IMG/VR virus record: IMGVR_UViG_3300017598_000441
Coordinates: 1-64,000 of that record
Reading direction: 5' to 3' (one strand)
Length of the DNA: 64,000 nucleotides
DNA from: a virus
The notes below the pieces were generated by a model. The model was given only the letters and a program-made list of their open reading frames with translations, was not told where the DNA came from and ran no database searches. This document shows, piece after piece, positions 20,507 through 30,255 of this stretch; positions within the stretch are counted from its first letter, which is position 1; every line of letters starts with the position of its first letter. The translations under genes were made by a program, and so were the position numbers.

Positions 20507-20801
20507 TCTATACGGAAACGGTAGAATAATTCAATTCAATGATGGAGAACAGATTATAATAAGAGATTTGATAACCTCAGATAAATTTGAAGATTTTGAA
20601 TACCATACCGTAATGCAGAATGACGAGATAACAAATATTGCATACAAGTACTATAAAGGAGTTGCGAATGATGCCTCAAAGTACTGGTGGGTAATAGCAG
20701 ATGTAAATAATATCATGCGGCCACATGATATTTCGGACCTATTAGGGCAGGACTTAATAATACCTAATCTTAGACAATTAAATAACGCAAGGAGAAGTTG
20801 A
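20484..20801 (+). CDS. LysM/tail-X-like baseplate protein
   Basis: YHTV...IAYKYY...WWVIADVNNI...LIIP. Confidence 0.8.
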   Translation: MEQIPRNNLYGNGRIIQFNDGEQIIIRDLITSDKFEDFEYHTVMQNDEITNIAYKYYKGVANDASKYWWVIADVNNIMRPHDISDLLGQDLIIPNLRQLNNARRS

Positions 20802-22135
20802 AAACACCACTAATAAATATAAGCATAGAAGGGGAGACTATACAGGATGTACTAACATTTAGGTATGAAGATAGTATAACTCTGGACAATATGCTAGAAT
20901 TTGTTATACATGGTAGAGAAGAGCTGATAGACAAAATAAACGCCAAAGACTTTGCCTCTGGAAAAACAATAGTATTCTCATTCGGTTATGCAGAGGGTCA
21001 AATGTCTGTAAACCATACAGCGATACTTGTAGATACCGATGTAACCTATGAGAAAGGAGGTTTTATAAAACTAAAAGTAAGAGGTTTAGATATTGGCACA
21101 GTATTAAAAAAATCCGAAAGTATAAAAGATTGGTCTGGTAACACCACAGAACAGATAGTAAAAACAATAGCTGAGAAGTATGCTATGGACTATGAAATAG
21201 AAGATACTTCAAAAGTACATGAAAATCTACATCAACACGGCAGAAGTGATTTTGAGTTTATAGCATACCTAGCTTATATTGAAGGAGGTTATATTTTCTA
21301 CGTTAGGGGAGAGACTATGTACCTAGTCCAAAGAGGGTTAGACAAAAAAAGTAGAATAAATTATATGTACGGATTAGATGATACTGTACTGAGTTTTTCT
21401 ACAAGCCATAGGGACATAGCAAACAGTTCGGAGAGTTCAGAAATATCTGTAACTACAGTAGAGGATGACAAAGTAACTACCGAAGATGGAATAACCAGAG
21501 AAAAAATATCAGATAAAGATATAAACTTAGGTAATTTTGAATTAGAATATCTTTCTGGCAAGTTCGATTCAAACATAAACAGAAATATAGTATTACCTAC
21601 TTTTGAGACAATAGAAGTAACCAATATTACAGAAAGTCTTATGAAAGAGACTAAACTAATGGTATTGACAGGTATTATTACTGTAGAGGGAGACCCTTGG
21701 ATGATTCCAGATGAGGTTATGACTTTAGGGGGTAATGTGCTAGAGAGAGATAAAGGAAACTGGTATGTAGAAAAGGTTTCGCACTCAATCTCAAATGGTT
21801 ATATAACTACTATGCACATTGCAAAAAATGCAACCGATGAGCCAAACGCTAAAAAAAGTATTAATGTAAATACTTCAAATAAGGAAGTCAAAAAGGTAGA
21901 TATAAAAATTTCCGAAAAACCAATAGCTAAAGATTACATAACCATAAGGGTTTACGATGCTGATGGTAAATTAATAGGATATGAAACGGACCAAGGCAAA
22001 TACATAGATGCCAAAGACCAAACACAAGTAAAAAGATATACGAAGAAACCTGTTAAAACTTCTACCAGTAACGTGAAGAAACAGATAAATACAGGACCTA
22101 ATGTATATGATACATCAAACAACCTAATAAAATAA
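20798..22135 (+). CDS. baseplate hub protein (gpD/gp27-like)
   Basis: Q..RSDFEFI, GDP and GNWYVEKVSHSI motifs; TTG start. Confidence 0.75.
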   Translation: MKTPLINISIEGETIQDVLTFRYEDSITLDNMLEFVIHGREELIDKINAKDFASGKTIVFSFGYAEGQMSVNHTAILVDTDVTYEKGGFIKLKVRGLDIGTVLKKSESIKDWSGNTTEQIVKTIAEKYAMDYEIEDTSKVHENLHQHGRSDFEFIAYLAYIEGGYIFYVRGETMYLVQRGLDKKSRINYMYGLDDTVLSFSTSHRDIANSSESSEISVTTVEDDKVTTEDGITREKISDKDINLGNFELEYLSGKFDSNINRNIVLPTFETIEVTNITESLMKETKLMVLTGIITVEGDPWMIPDEVMTLGGNVLERDKGNWYVEKVSHSISNGYITTMHIAKNATDEPNAKKSINVNTSNKEVKKVDIKISEKPIAKDYITIRVYDADGKLIGYETDQGKYIDAKDQTQVKRYTKKPVKTSTSNVKKQINTGPNVYDTSNNLIK

Positions 22136-22137
22136 AC

Positions 22138-22863
22138 ATGGATTTTGTAGTATTTATAAAAAGGTTTAAGCTTATGGGTTTGGAGTATTTTAAAAGATAT
22201 TACTCAATCTATAAGGCAGAAGTATCCAGTAATGAAGACCCTAAAGGGTTAGGTAGATTACAGCTTGTAATACCCCAAATATACGGTAAAGATGTTTCTT
22301 ATAAGTATTGGGCAAAACCTAGAGGTTTGTACTCTGGCAAAAACAAAGGGAGTTTTATTATACCAGATAAAGGAGATAATATTTGGGTAGAGTTTGAAGG
22401 AGGAGACCCGAAGTACCCAGTCTGGAGCTATGGATTCTGGTCTGATGGGGAAGTTCCTGAGGGAGCAACGGTAGGAAACAAAACTATCCAAACTGGTACT
22501 GGGCATAAGATAGAACTAGATGATGATAAAGGATTAATCAGAATAACTGTAGCGGAGAAAGAGTTTAGTGTAACAATATCTGAGAGTGGTATAAGCATAG
22601 TTGCAGATAATATATCTGTAGGAACTTTGGATGAGTCCTCAGAACCTGCAGTTTTAGGGGACACTTTAAAATCAAAGTTGGACAGTATCTCAGATGAAGT
22701 TGGGAAAATAGCACAAAACACGTCAGTATTGACAGTAGGGACGGCTTTTGGACCGAGTACCCCACCAGTTAATGCAAGTGTATTTACTGCTATAAAAACA
22801 GCTATAGATTCACTAAAAACAACACTAAAGGAAATATTAAGTAAAAAAGTAACTTTAGACTAA
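22138..22863 (+). CDS. baseplate spike protein (gpV / gp5 OB-fold)
   Basis: DPKGLGRL, PDKGDNIWVEFEGGDPKYP and GHKIELDD. Confidence 0.88.
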   Translation: MDFVVFIKRFKLMGLEYFKRYYSIYKAEVSSNEDPKGLGRLQLVIPQIYGKDVSYKYWAKPRGLYSGKNKGSFIIPDKGDNIWVEFEGGDPKYPVWSYGFWSDGEVPEGATVGNKTIQTGTGHKIELDDDKGLIRITVAEKEFSVTISESGISIVADNISVGTLDESSEPAVLGDTLKSKLDSISDEVGKIAQNTSVLTVGTAFGPSTPPVNASVFTAIKTAIDSLKTTLKEILSKKVTLD

Positions 22864-23333
22864 TGCCATTACTAACTGATATACTAAGCACAAACTTACA
22901 GAAACTTTTAAATCAAGAGTATCCCAGTTTTGAGGGATTTCCAGATAATATGGGTGGTGTTGTTGAAAGTTGGGCAAACGCCATAAATGACTATGCTAAA
23001 TCTGTTGTACCTACGAGCACAACCTCAGAACAAGCTAAAGAAGCATTTAAGAGTACTATGCTAGGAATGAGTTCTGAGTTAGGAAATGGGGCGGTCATAC
23101 TCCCTTTAGCATTTACGAATTATGCGACTGCTTTAGCCTTAGGTATGGCAGGAGCAGGATTTATTGGAACACCTCCAGTAGCACCAATAAATCTAGCACC
23201 AATAATTGCTGCAGGTTTAGGGGGAGCTTCTGGGGAGATAATTGCGAATAGTTTTACAGTAGTTGTAGATATTTGGTTTAGAACAGGTACTGCCACACCT
23301 ACAGCAGGAGGCTCACCTATAATTTGGACGTGA
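22863..23333 (+). CDS. hypothetical baseplate-region protein
   Basis: Translationally coupled to the spike gene. Confidence 0.6.
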   Translation: MPLLTDILSTNLQKLLNQEYPSFEGFPDNMGGVVESWANAINDYAKSVVPTSTTSEQAKEAFKSTMLGMSSELGNGAVILPLAFTNYATALALGMAGAGFIGTPPVAPINLAPIIAAGLGGASGEIIANSFTVVVDIWFRTGTATPTAGGSPIIWT

Positions 23334-23725
23334 TGAATGAAGTAAAAAAATATAGTAAAACAGGAGTGGCTATAAAATACCCAATAACTTTGGAGGAGGG
23401 AAAGGTAGCCTTAGTAACTGGGTCAGACTTAATTATACAATCTGCATTTGATATTTTATCTGCGGATGCTCCAAGATTTTTCTTAGGGGAATATAATTCG
23501 AGATTAAAAGAGCTAAAGTTTGAACAAAATGACGAAGTTTTATTATCTTTGCTACAAGTATTTATATACAATGCTTTAAAAAAATGGGAGACCCGAACTA
23601 AAGTAAAGAATATAAATTTTAACGTGGAGGAGGATTGGGTAGATTGCGAAATAACTCACCAGATAATAGGAGAGAGTACAACAGAAAGTTTTGTATATCC
23701 TTTTTACAAAAATATAATATACTAA
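23333..23725 (+). CDS. baseplate wedge / sheath initiator (gp25/gpW-like)
   Basis: RFFLGEYNSRLKELKFEQND, KWETR and FVYPFY; ATG overlaps the upstream TGA. Confidence 0.8.
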   Translation: MNEVKKYSKTGVAIKYPITLEEGKVALVTGSDLIIQSAFDILSADAPRFFLGEYNSRLKELKFEQNDEVLLSLLQVFIYNALKKWETRTKVKNINFNVEEDWVDCEITHQIIGESTTESFVYPFYKNIIY

Positions 23726-23726
23726 G

Positions 23727-25397
23727 ATGGTAGAGCAAAAAAATACATGGGTAAAGTATGTTGAAAGAACATACCAACAAATAAAAGATAGTGTTTTGGT
23801 ACGCCTACAAAGTCTTACCCCAGAAATAACAGACCATACAGAAAGTAATATTTTTGTTAAGATGTTAGGTATATGGGCAGGTATTGCAGAGATGTTGGGA
23901 TATTATATAGACAATGTTGCTAGAGAGAGTTATATCTCTACTTGCAGATTATACTGGTCTGCAGTAAAAATAGCACAACAGTTCGACTATAGGATATTCT
24001 CAAAATCCCCCGCTTCTGCAGATGTTACGTTTACCATAAATACAGTAAGCCTAACAGATATTACTATTCCACAAAATACAGAATTAAAATCTAAGGGGGA
24101 TTTAAAATTCCTAACAGTAGAGCCTGCAACTATAAATGTAGGTCAGTTAGAAGCAACAGTATCTGCACTACAGTTCGATAAAGTTATTGGGGCAACCTTA
24201 GGTATATCCAACGGTTCAGATGCCCAAGTATTTGTAGTAAATGACCAAGACATTGCAGATAAAAGTGCAGTAGTAAAGATACTAGGTAGTAACTGGGCTC
24301 ATGTAGACACTTTTGCATTTAGCCTCGCAGACGATTTGCATTTTAGGATGTCCGTTAATATAGACAAACAGACAATAATAGAATTTGGAGATGGCATAAA
24401 CGGAGCTATACCTCAAAACGGAGCAACAATAACTTTGGATTACCTAACCTGTGCAGGTGCAGCAGGAAATATTGCAGCCGACCAAATTGCAGAAATAGTA
24501 GATACTATTACCCTACCCCCTAGTACAGAAATAGAAGTTACAAATAATTTAGCATCTTCTGGAGGGGTTGATATTGAGAGTTTAGATGACTTGAAACGTA
24601 GAATACCCTTATCCATAAGAACTGTAAGGGTGGCAGTAACTGAGAAAAACTTCTTAGATATTGCGAACCAAGCACCCCAAGTACAGCAGTCTGCATTGTC
24701 TTATGATTGTGGTAAGAATGTAAAAATATATGTAGTACCTATAGGTGGAGGCATTGCCAGTGAGGTATTATGTGATTCTGTAGTATTGTGGTTTGAGGAT
24801 AAGAAATTATTTTCTACAAAGGTGTTTGTATTTCCTGCAGGTATGTTAGAAGTATCCCTAAACCTAAACGTACAGGCTAGGTATAACTATCAAAACATAG
24901 ATGTTCAGACTAGGGTGGTAGAAAACCTAGAGGAGAGGTTTTCAATGGTATCACAGGGAATCGGAGGAAAATTAAAATTATCCGATATATACGAAGTTGT
25001 AGAAAATACAGATGGGGTAGAATATAGTAATGTTAGACAAATAAAGTTAATACCTTATGCAAGGTCTATAGATAACTTTATTCAACTAGATTGGACTAAA
25101 ACGCTAAAAGATACAGGCAATGTATCACTGTTTTGGAAAATAACAATGATAAACCCTACTCAGTATCAATTATTCAAAGGGAGTACTTTCCAAGGGACTT
25201 ATGACGTAGGTACTTTAGCAACTTTTGTGGAGATAGATTTTGTAGTAAATCTAGGGGCGTATAATACTGGGGATGAGTGGGAATTTGTAACTTACCCAAG
25301 TTTCCAAAGCAATAACGGAATAATAGAGTTGGAAGAGTTTTCCGTACCTGTTATTCTACAGAATAACACGGTAATAAATGTAACTGGAGGTATATAG
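23727..25397 (+). CDS. baseplate wedge protein J-like
   Basis: FGDGING..P, GAAGN, GGVDIESLDDLK and RVAVT motifs. Confidence 0.88.
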   Translation: MVEQKNTWVKYVERTYQQIKDSVLVRLQSLTPEITDHTESNIFVKMLGIWAGIAEMLGYYIDNVARESYISTCRLYWSAVKIAQQFDYRIFSKSPASADVTFTINTVSLTDITIPQNTELKSKGDLKFLTVEPATINVGQLEATVSALQFDKVIGATLGISNGSDAQVFVVNDQDIADKSAVVKILGSNWAHVDTFAFSLADDLHFRMSVNIDKQTIIEFGDGINGAIPQNGATITLDYLTCAGAAGNIAADQIAEIVDTITLPPSTEIEVTNNLASSGGVDIESLDDLKRRIPLSIRTVRVAVTEKNFLDIANQAPQVQQSALSYDCGKNVKIYVVPIGGGIASEVLCDSVVLWFEDKKLFSTKVFVFPAGMLEVSLNLNVQARYNYQNIDVQTRVVENLEERFSMVSQGIGGKLKLSDIYEVVENTDGVEYSNVRQIKLIPYARSIDNFIQLDWTKTLKDTGNVSLFWKITMINPTQYQLFKGSTFQGTYDVGTLATFVEIDFVVNLGAYNTGDEWEFVTYPSFQSNNGIIELEEFSVPVILQNNTVINVTGGI

Positions 25398-26522
25398 ATG
25401 GGTTGGTTCAAAGACAATATTTTTAGTAAGTATTTTGGTAGGTATTATAAACTTACCGACAGTTATAAAAATTTGTCGGGGGAAGGTTTATTAGAACGGT
25501 ACAACCAGATAATAGGGGAGGACATAGATGAGGAGTTAGTACTTCTGTTGGAGAATATTACAGATAACACTAAAACTCCGAATACTATGTTTACTCAGTA
25601 TTTTAATATAGCTGAGGATTCCTTAGGTCTGGATTTATATGTGCATACAAACTCGGACTGGACAAAAAGGAAACTTATAGAAAGAGCTGTAAAATACTAT
25701 TCTATAAGAGGCTCAAAAAAAGGATATGAATACCTTTTTAAGATTATGGGTTTCACATTCATAGATTTGGTAATATACAACTCAGATGGATTTGATACTG
25801 GTATTTTTGACGATGGTAATTTCGATGGAAGAAACGGATGCTGTATATATTACAATGTGATATTAGAAGGTCCGACTGATTTTGAGGATATGACCAACAG
25901 CGAAAAGTTGGCAATATTAAAAATCATAGATTTTAACGAACCTATAAACGCTACGTTAGGAGTTATAACAGTAAACGGAGAGGAGGCTATATTTGAGAAA
26001 GCAGAATTTATCTGCAAAGGAGGAACAAGCCAACACCAAAAACAAGGGGAGCAGTTAGATGTATCAATTAACGTATCCAACGTAGGTAATATAGGAGCTT
26101 GGTGTGAAATTGAAATAGATTTCGGGGAGGTACTAATTAACGGAGATAGTCCACTCAATCCAGAATATAGATACTCTACAGAAGATGGGGTATATGAACA
26201 TTATAATTTAAGCGAATTTACAATGATAGCACTTGCAGAAAACGATGTAACCTCAGTAGTAATAGGGTTAGTAGAAGTAAACCAAAATACGTTGGTAGAT
26301 TACGGGATAATAAAAGATGGTAAAATCGTACAGGCAGGAATAATAAGAATGCTTTGCGATGGGGCTAAGATAGAAATAGGAGACCGTTCTGAAATGTTCG
26401 ATTCGGAATCCGTACTAGATGGTACGTTAGACTTTTCTGCAAAAATAACTGGGGGGAATGCAGTACTTGATATTACCGTAGGAAACTTTACAGGATATGA
26501 ATTAATTTATAGATATATATAA
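25398..26522 (+). CDS. baseplate wedge / tail protein I-like with C-terminal extension
   Basis: RKLIERAVKYYSIRGSKKG motif; follows gpJ. Confidence 0.7.
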   Translation: MGWFKDNIFSKYFGRYYKLTDSYKNLSGEGLLERYNQIIGEDIDEELVLLLENITDNTKTPNTMFTQYFNIAEDSLGLDLYVHTNSDWTKRKLIERAVKYYSIRGSKKGYEYLFKIMGFTFIDLVIYNSDGFDTGIFDDGNFDGRNGCCIYYNVILEGPTDFEDMTNSEKLAILKIIDFNEPINATLGVITVNGEEAIFEKAEFICKGGTSQHQKQGEQLDVSINVSNVGNIGAWCEIEIDFGEVLINGDSPLNPEYRYSTEDGVYEHYNLSEFTMIALAENDVTSVVIGLVEVNQNTLVDYGIIKDGKIVQAGIIRMLCDGAKIEIGDRSEMFDSESVLDGTLDFSAKITGGNAVLDITVGNFTGYELIYRYI

Positions 26523-27046
26523 TGAAAGGGATTTATAGAATACTCGAAGCAATATCTGGGCTGCTAATACTAGGCTCAGAGAAAAATAGGATACAGTCCA
26601 CCTCTGGAAAACTTGCCATTAAAAATGAATCTGGACAACTTATTAAAATGCAGGTTGCAGATGGTACTGAACCAAATGAAGCAACCTCGGTAAGCCAAGT
26701 ACAAACTATGGTTGCGGGAGGTTCAAATGCAAAACGGAGTAGTTTTATACATATAGACTTTAATGAGGCTGTAACGGTTATACCTGTTCCAGAGAATGCA
26801 ATAATAACTCAGATAAGGTTTATTGTAGATAATGCTTGGGTAGGAGGCATAGAGAATATAGAAATAATTAAATCTGGGGGAGCAGTAATAGTAACTGGAA
26901 ATGAATTTGATAAATCCACAAATTCTATTACCTTTGTAGAGGTATTTGTAGAGATGGGCTCAGATACAGAGGTAGAGGTAGAAATTCCATCTGGGATTAC
27001 TTCTGGCTCGGGGAAATTAGAAATAACTTATTATGTAAACCTTTAA
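26522..27046 (+). CDS. virion structural protein
   Basis: N-terminal ~60 aa paralogous to 12879..15554; beta-sandwich-like C-terminus. Confidence 0.6.
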   Translation: MKGIYRILEAISGLLILGSEKNRIQSTSGKLAIKNESGQLIKMQVADGTEPNEATSVSQVQTMVAGGSNAKRSSFIHIDFNEAVTVIPVPENAIITQIRFIVDNAWVGGIENIEIIKSGGAVIVTGNEFDKSTNSITFVEVFVEMGSDTEVEVEIPSGITSGSGKLEITYYVNL

Positions 27047-27048
27047 GT

Positions 27049-27306
27049 ATGCCAACTCCTTTAATGACCATATTGCAAACAAATACTTTACAGTCTAGGA
27101 AGATAACTGTAAGGGTATTTGTAGAGGCTCAGACAGATGCAAATATATGGGTATCAAAGAAAATACCTATAGATGCACCCTTGGGTCCAAAATCCATACA
27201 GATAAAAAGCTGTTGTGGAGAATCTACTATGGACTATGAGATAATAGGAACAGAGGGACTTAATGTAGGATACTCTACAGGATTTTCTACAGGATTTAAT
27301 TCGTAA
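27049..27306 (+). CDS. small hypothetical virion protein
   Basis: 85 aa ending in GYSTGFSTGF; lies within the fibre module. Confidence 0.6.
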   Translation: MPTPLMTILQTNTLQSRKITVRVFVEAQTDANIWVSKKIPIDAPLGPKSIQIKSCCGESTMDYEIIGTEGLNVGYSTGFSTGFNS

Positions 27307-27309
27307 GAT

Positions 27310-28653
27310 ATGAAGACAATAGAAGAATTATTAGTTCAAAATACTGAACTTATAGCAGACAATAATAACAGGGAGATAACTGAGAAGGTGTTGAGAGACC
27401 ACTTAGCAGATATTATTGAATCCTCGGTTAATACGATAGCAGACGATATTGTCATTATAAAAAAGTTCACTTTAAGTAGCAATTCTGATTTAGGAATACT
27501 AGCATCGGAGATAAATGTAAAATTTTATGACTATGGAAAAGCATCTGTAGATAGTGATGGAGACCCAAATACCTACAATTATGATTATGTAAGTTTTAGA
27601 ATAAAACAAGGAGGTGAAATAGTACATGATGGAGTACTGACAAACCCACCAGACAACCATAGTAGACTAAGAGCTTTTATAGAGGATTCTAGTGGATTTG
27701 GTTCTGACGAATCCGAAATAGTGGTATATATAAACAGGGTTTTACCTCCCATAGATAGAATGGATGGTAGGAATTTTGGCTTTCAAGAATTGAGAGGGGG
27801 AAGATTGGCATATAGAAATAGCAAAAACAAAACTTTGTGGCTTGCATCTGGAGATGATTTTGAAATGATGTTAGAAGATGTTTGGCAAGTTTTAGCTCCA
27901 CAGATAGCTTTAACCCCACCTAGTACAGCAGACATGAATGCCGTATGGATGTCGGGAGTAAGTGCATCTATGTACGTGGCAATAGGCAGAAGTGATAGTA
28001 GGACACCTTTTGGTGGAGGTTCTGCAGAGGCGTATGGACGTAAGGTATATAACCAAACGACTACAGCTTATGAAAATATAGGACCTAACCCTACAAATAA
28101 TTTTGCAAATATACATTCCAAAGTAGGGCAAATATATGTAGAGTATAGAGATAACGGAAGCTATAATATAAAAGATAATGTCTTCAAAAGGGAAGAAATG
28201 CTACAAGAGCAGAGTTATGTTCAATTCTCGCTGTACAGGCTTGAAAAAGTAGTAGGACCATCCCAGTACGAATATTGCTACTATATCCTATTAAAACCTA
28301 TAGGATTAGATATTTTTGATTTATCTTATTTTGATGTACTGGAGAATAAGCTATATGCGTATTTAGACGATGGATATTCCACACCTATAATAAGAAAAGT
28401 AACCGCAGAGGATATTACTTCTGAAATAAATAATAGAAGTTACCGAGTTAAGAAGAACGAAATACTTAGGTCAAATATGATGCTAAACTCAGCTACTTCT
28501 GGAAAATCTTTAAATGAGAGAGGTTACAAAAGCATACAATTTTTCTATACTGATACAAAAGGGAAATCTTCTGGATTTTCTCCTACTATAGAAGTAGTAA
28601 ATAATAAAAGAGGATATACGACAGGATTACTTATCTCGAATAAATCCAGATAA
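27310..28653 (+). CDS. putative virion / receptor-binding-region protein
   Basis: N-terminal LIADNNNREITEKVLRD segment of the kind seen in phage virion proteins; lies within the fibre module. Confidence 0.55.
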   Translation: MKTIEELLVQNTELIADNNNREITEKVLRDHLADIIESSVNTIADDIVIIKKFTLSSNSDLGILASEINVKFYDYGKASVDSDGDPNTYNYDYVSFRIKQGGEIVHDGVLTNPPDNHSRLRAFIEDSSGFGSDESEIVVYINRVLPPIDRMDGRNFGFQELRGGRLAYRNSKNKTLWLASGDDFEMMLEDVWQVLAPQIALTPPSTADMNAVWMSGVSASMYVAIGRSDSRTPFGGGSAEAYGRKVYNQTTTAYENIGPNPTNNFANIHSKVGQIYVEYRDNGSYNIKDNVFKREEMLQEQSYVQFSLYRLEKVVGPSQYEYCYYILLKPIGLDIFDLSYFDVLENKLYAYLDDGYSTPIIRKVTAEDITSEINNRSYRVKKNEILRSNMMLNSATSGKSLNERGYKSIQFFYTDTKGKSSGFSPTIEVVNNKRGYTTGLLISNKSR

Positions 28654-28684
28654 AATAACGGCAGATTTATCTGCTATGAAAATC

Positions 28685-28770
28685 AATTCAAGAAACCTGT
28701 ATGTCGATACGATAATTCGACAAATCTGTATGTTGATACGACAATTCAACAAACCTGTTTCTTGATATAT
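28685..28770 (+). ncRNA. candidate structured RNA: 3 x 29-nt repeat forming a symmetric three-way junction
   Basis: Units start at 28685, 28714 and 28743; three 9-position helices joined by CT linkers with compensatory substitutions; flanking hairpins at 28660-28675 and ~28775-28808. Strand assumed from the operon. Confidence 0.65.
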
Positions 28771-28842
28771 AAGGGAATAAGAACTATAGGTTTAATATAG
28801 TTCTATTCTCAAAAATTCTATTAAAGCAGAAAACTTAACATT

Positions 28843-30255
28843 ATGCAAGAAAGGATACACGAATATAAGCAGGAAGATTCTACATTCTCCTTGAACAGAA
28901 AATATTTAGGGATATTGGATGCAGGTGTGTACAGAGGGTTTGATGCAATACTAGGAGACAATATGATACTTACACTTACCCACACTATGACAGGGGTTAA
29001 GCAGTATGACTTGGATTTGTCCCCAAAAGATGTAGGGGTAATCATAACCAAACAGGGGAATGTAATAAGGGAAGATGAAGATATTACACTCAATATAAAT
29101 GTAGGACCTTCTGGGTCTTATGAATCTAGGATTGACCTAATAGTAGTAGAACACAGATTTGTAGAAACTACAGGGGGTACGCAAGCATTATACTCAGTAA
29201 TAGAGGGAGTCCCAGACCAACAACCTGTAGTACCAAATCTTTTGAATGAGGCCACTCAAGTCCCTATAGCTACCATGCAGGTTTATGAAAACTCACAGGA
29301 GCTTAATGGAACTAGAAATTTCTTTAAAAAATTTCCACCCCCAAATTATTCGGGAACTTCTGATGCTTTATTAAAATCAGAAAATCTAAACGATGTAGTA
29401 GATAAACAAACTGCACGTGATAATTTACAATTAAGGCGAGGGGTTGAGATAACTTCTGAAATAGAGGATGCGGTAAATGTGGTGGCTTCTGCAATCATAG
29501 GAGGTGCAAACACTAACTTCAATACTTTAGGTAAACTAGAGGCTATACTACAAGGGGACCCAAACATAATACAGAATATTACATCTGCTTTGAGTGGTAA
29601 AGTAGATAAAATTTCGGGTAAAGGGTTATCCCAAGAGGATTTTACAGCTACTTTACTAGGCAAACTGAATAGTATAAATCTAGGGGCAGCAGTAGGAAAT
29701 GTGCCTGCTATAGGAGAGGCACTAGGGGCTAATAAGATAGTGGAGACGAATGGCTCTGGGGAACTAAAATCTGTATCAAAAGGCTCTGCACATAATAAAT
29801 CTTGGGCAGGAACAGGTGGTCACTATGGAACTTCTGGCAGTCCAGCAAGAAGCAATCACTACCACACCAGTTATGCAGCCATAGAGACAAAAGATATAAA
29901 AACAGGTACAGCTGCATTTACAGATAATACTAGTGGAGATATAGGGATAGACCCCACTTCATATACAAGGATATTAAAAACTGCAGATAAAATACTTATA
30001 GAGTTTTGTCTGAAAGTTACCCCCCTGTCTGGCTCAGTTCCAGAATTAGAGGTAGGGTTCGATGATGTATCAGTATTTCCAGTAGTTACTGGAGTATATA
30101 TTCCTTTTGTAGTTAGGCGAAGTGGTTCACCAGAACCTTGCTACTATAGACCTGTAGCATCCACCCCCACACGAGGTTTCTTTAGTATGATGTCTGGGAC
30201 ATTTAACTGGAATATTCAATATATTATTTCGGGAAGTTACACAAGAATATTATGA
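28843..30255 (+). CDS. tail fibre protein
   Basis: RIDLIV N-terminal anchor; NLNDVVDKQTARDNL, NTLGKL and KVDKISGKGLS fibre segments. Confidence 0.8.
   Translation: MQERIHEYKQEDSTFSLNRKYLGILDAGVYRGFDAILGDNMILTLTHTMTGVKQYDLDLSPKDVGVIITKQGNVIREDEDITLNINVGPSGSYESRIDLIVVEHRFVETTGGTQALYSVIEGVPDQQPVVPNLLNEATQVPIATMQVYENSQELNGTRNFFKKFPPPNYSGTSDALLKSENLNDVVDKQTARDNLQLRRGVEITSEIEDAVNVVASAIIGGANTNFNTLGKLEAILQGDPNIIQNITSALSGKVDKISGKGLSQEDFTATLLGKLNSINLGAAVGNVPAIGEALGANKIVETNGSGELKSVSKGSAHNKSWAGTGGHYGTSGSPARSNHYHTSYAAIETKDIKTGTAAFTDNTSGDIGIDPTSYTRILKTADKILIEFCLKVTPLSGSVPELEVGFDDVSVFPVVTGVYIPFVVRRSGSPEPCYYRPVASTPTRGFFSMMSGTFNWNIQYIISGSYTRIL

Noticed and set aside
10831-26522. Bacterial extracellular contractile injection system rather than a phage
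   Set aside because: Portal, capsid, tape measure, terminase and replication genes are contiguous with the tail module.
28685-28770. 29-bp repeats as a mini-CRISPR array or hix/res-like recombination sites
   Set aside because: There are no unique spacers, cas genes or recombinase in the window. Each unit is a 12-2-12 imperfect dyad, but substitutions covary between adjacent units rather than within one, favouring a single-stranded fold. A DNA-site role is not fully excluded.
27310-30255. Diversity-generating retroelement or invertible fibre cassette
   Set aside because: No reverse transcriptase, invertase, adenine-variant repeat pair or inverted fibre segment was seen in the window.
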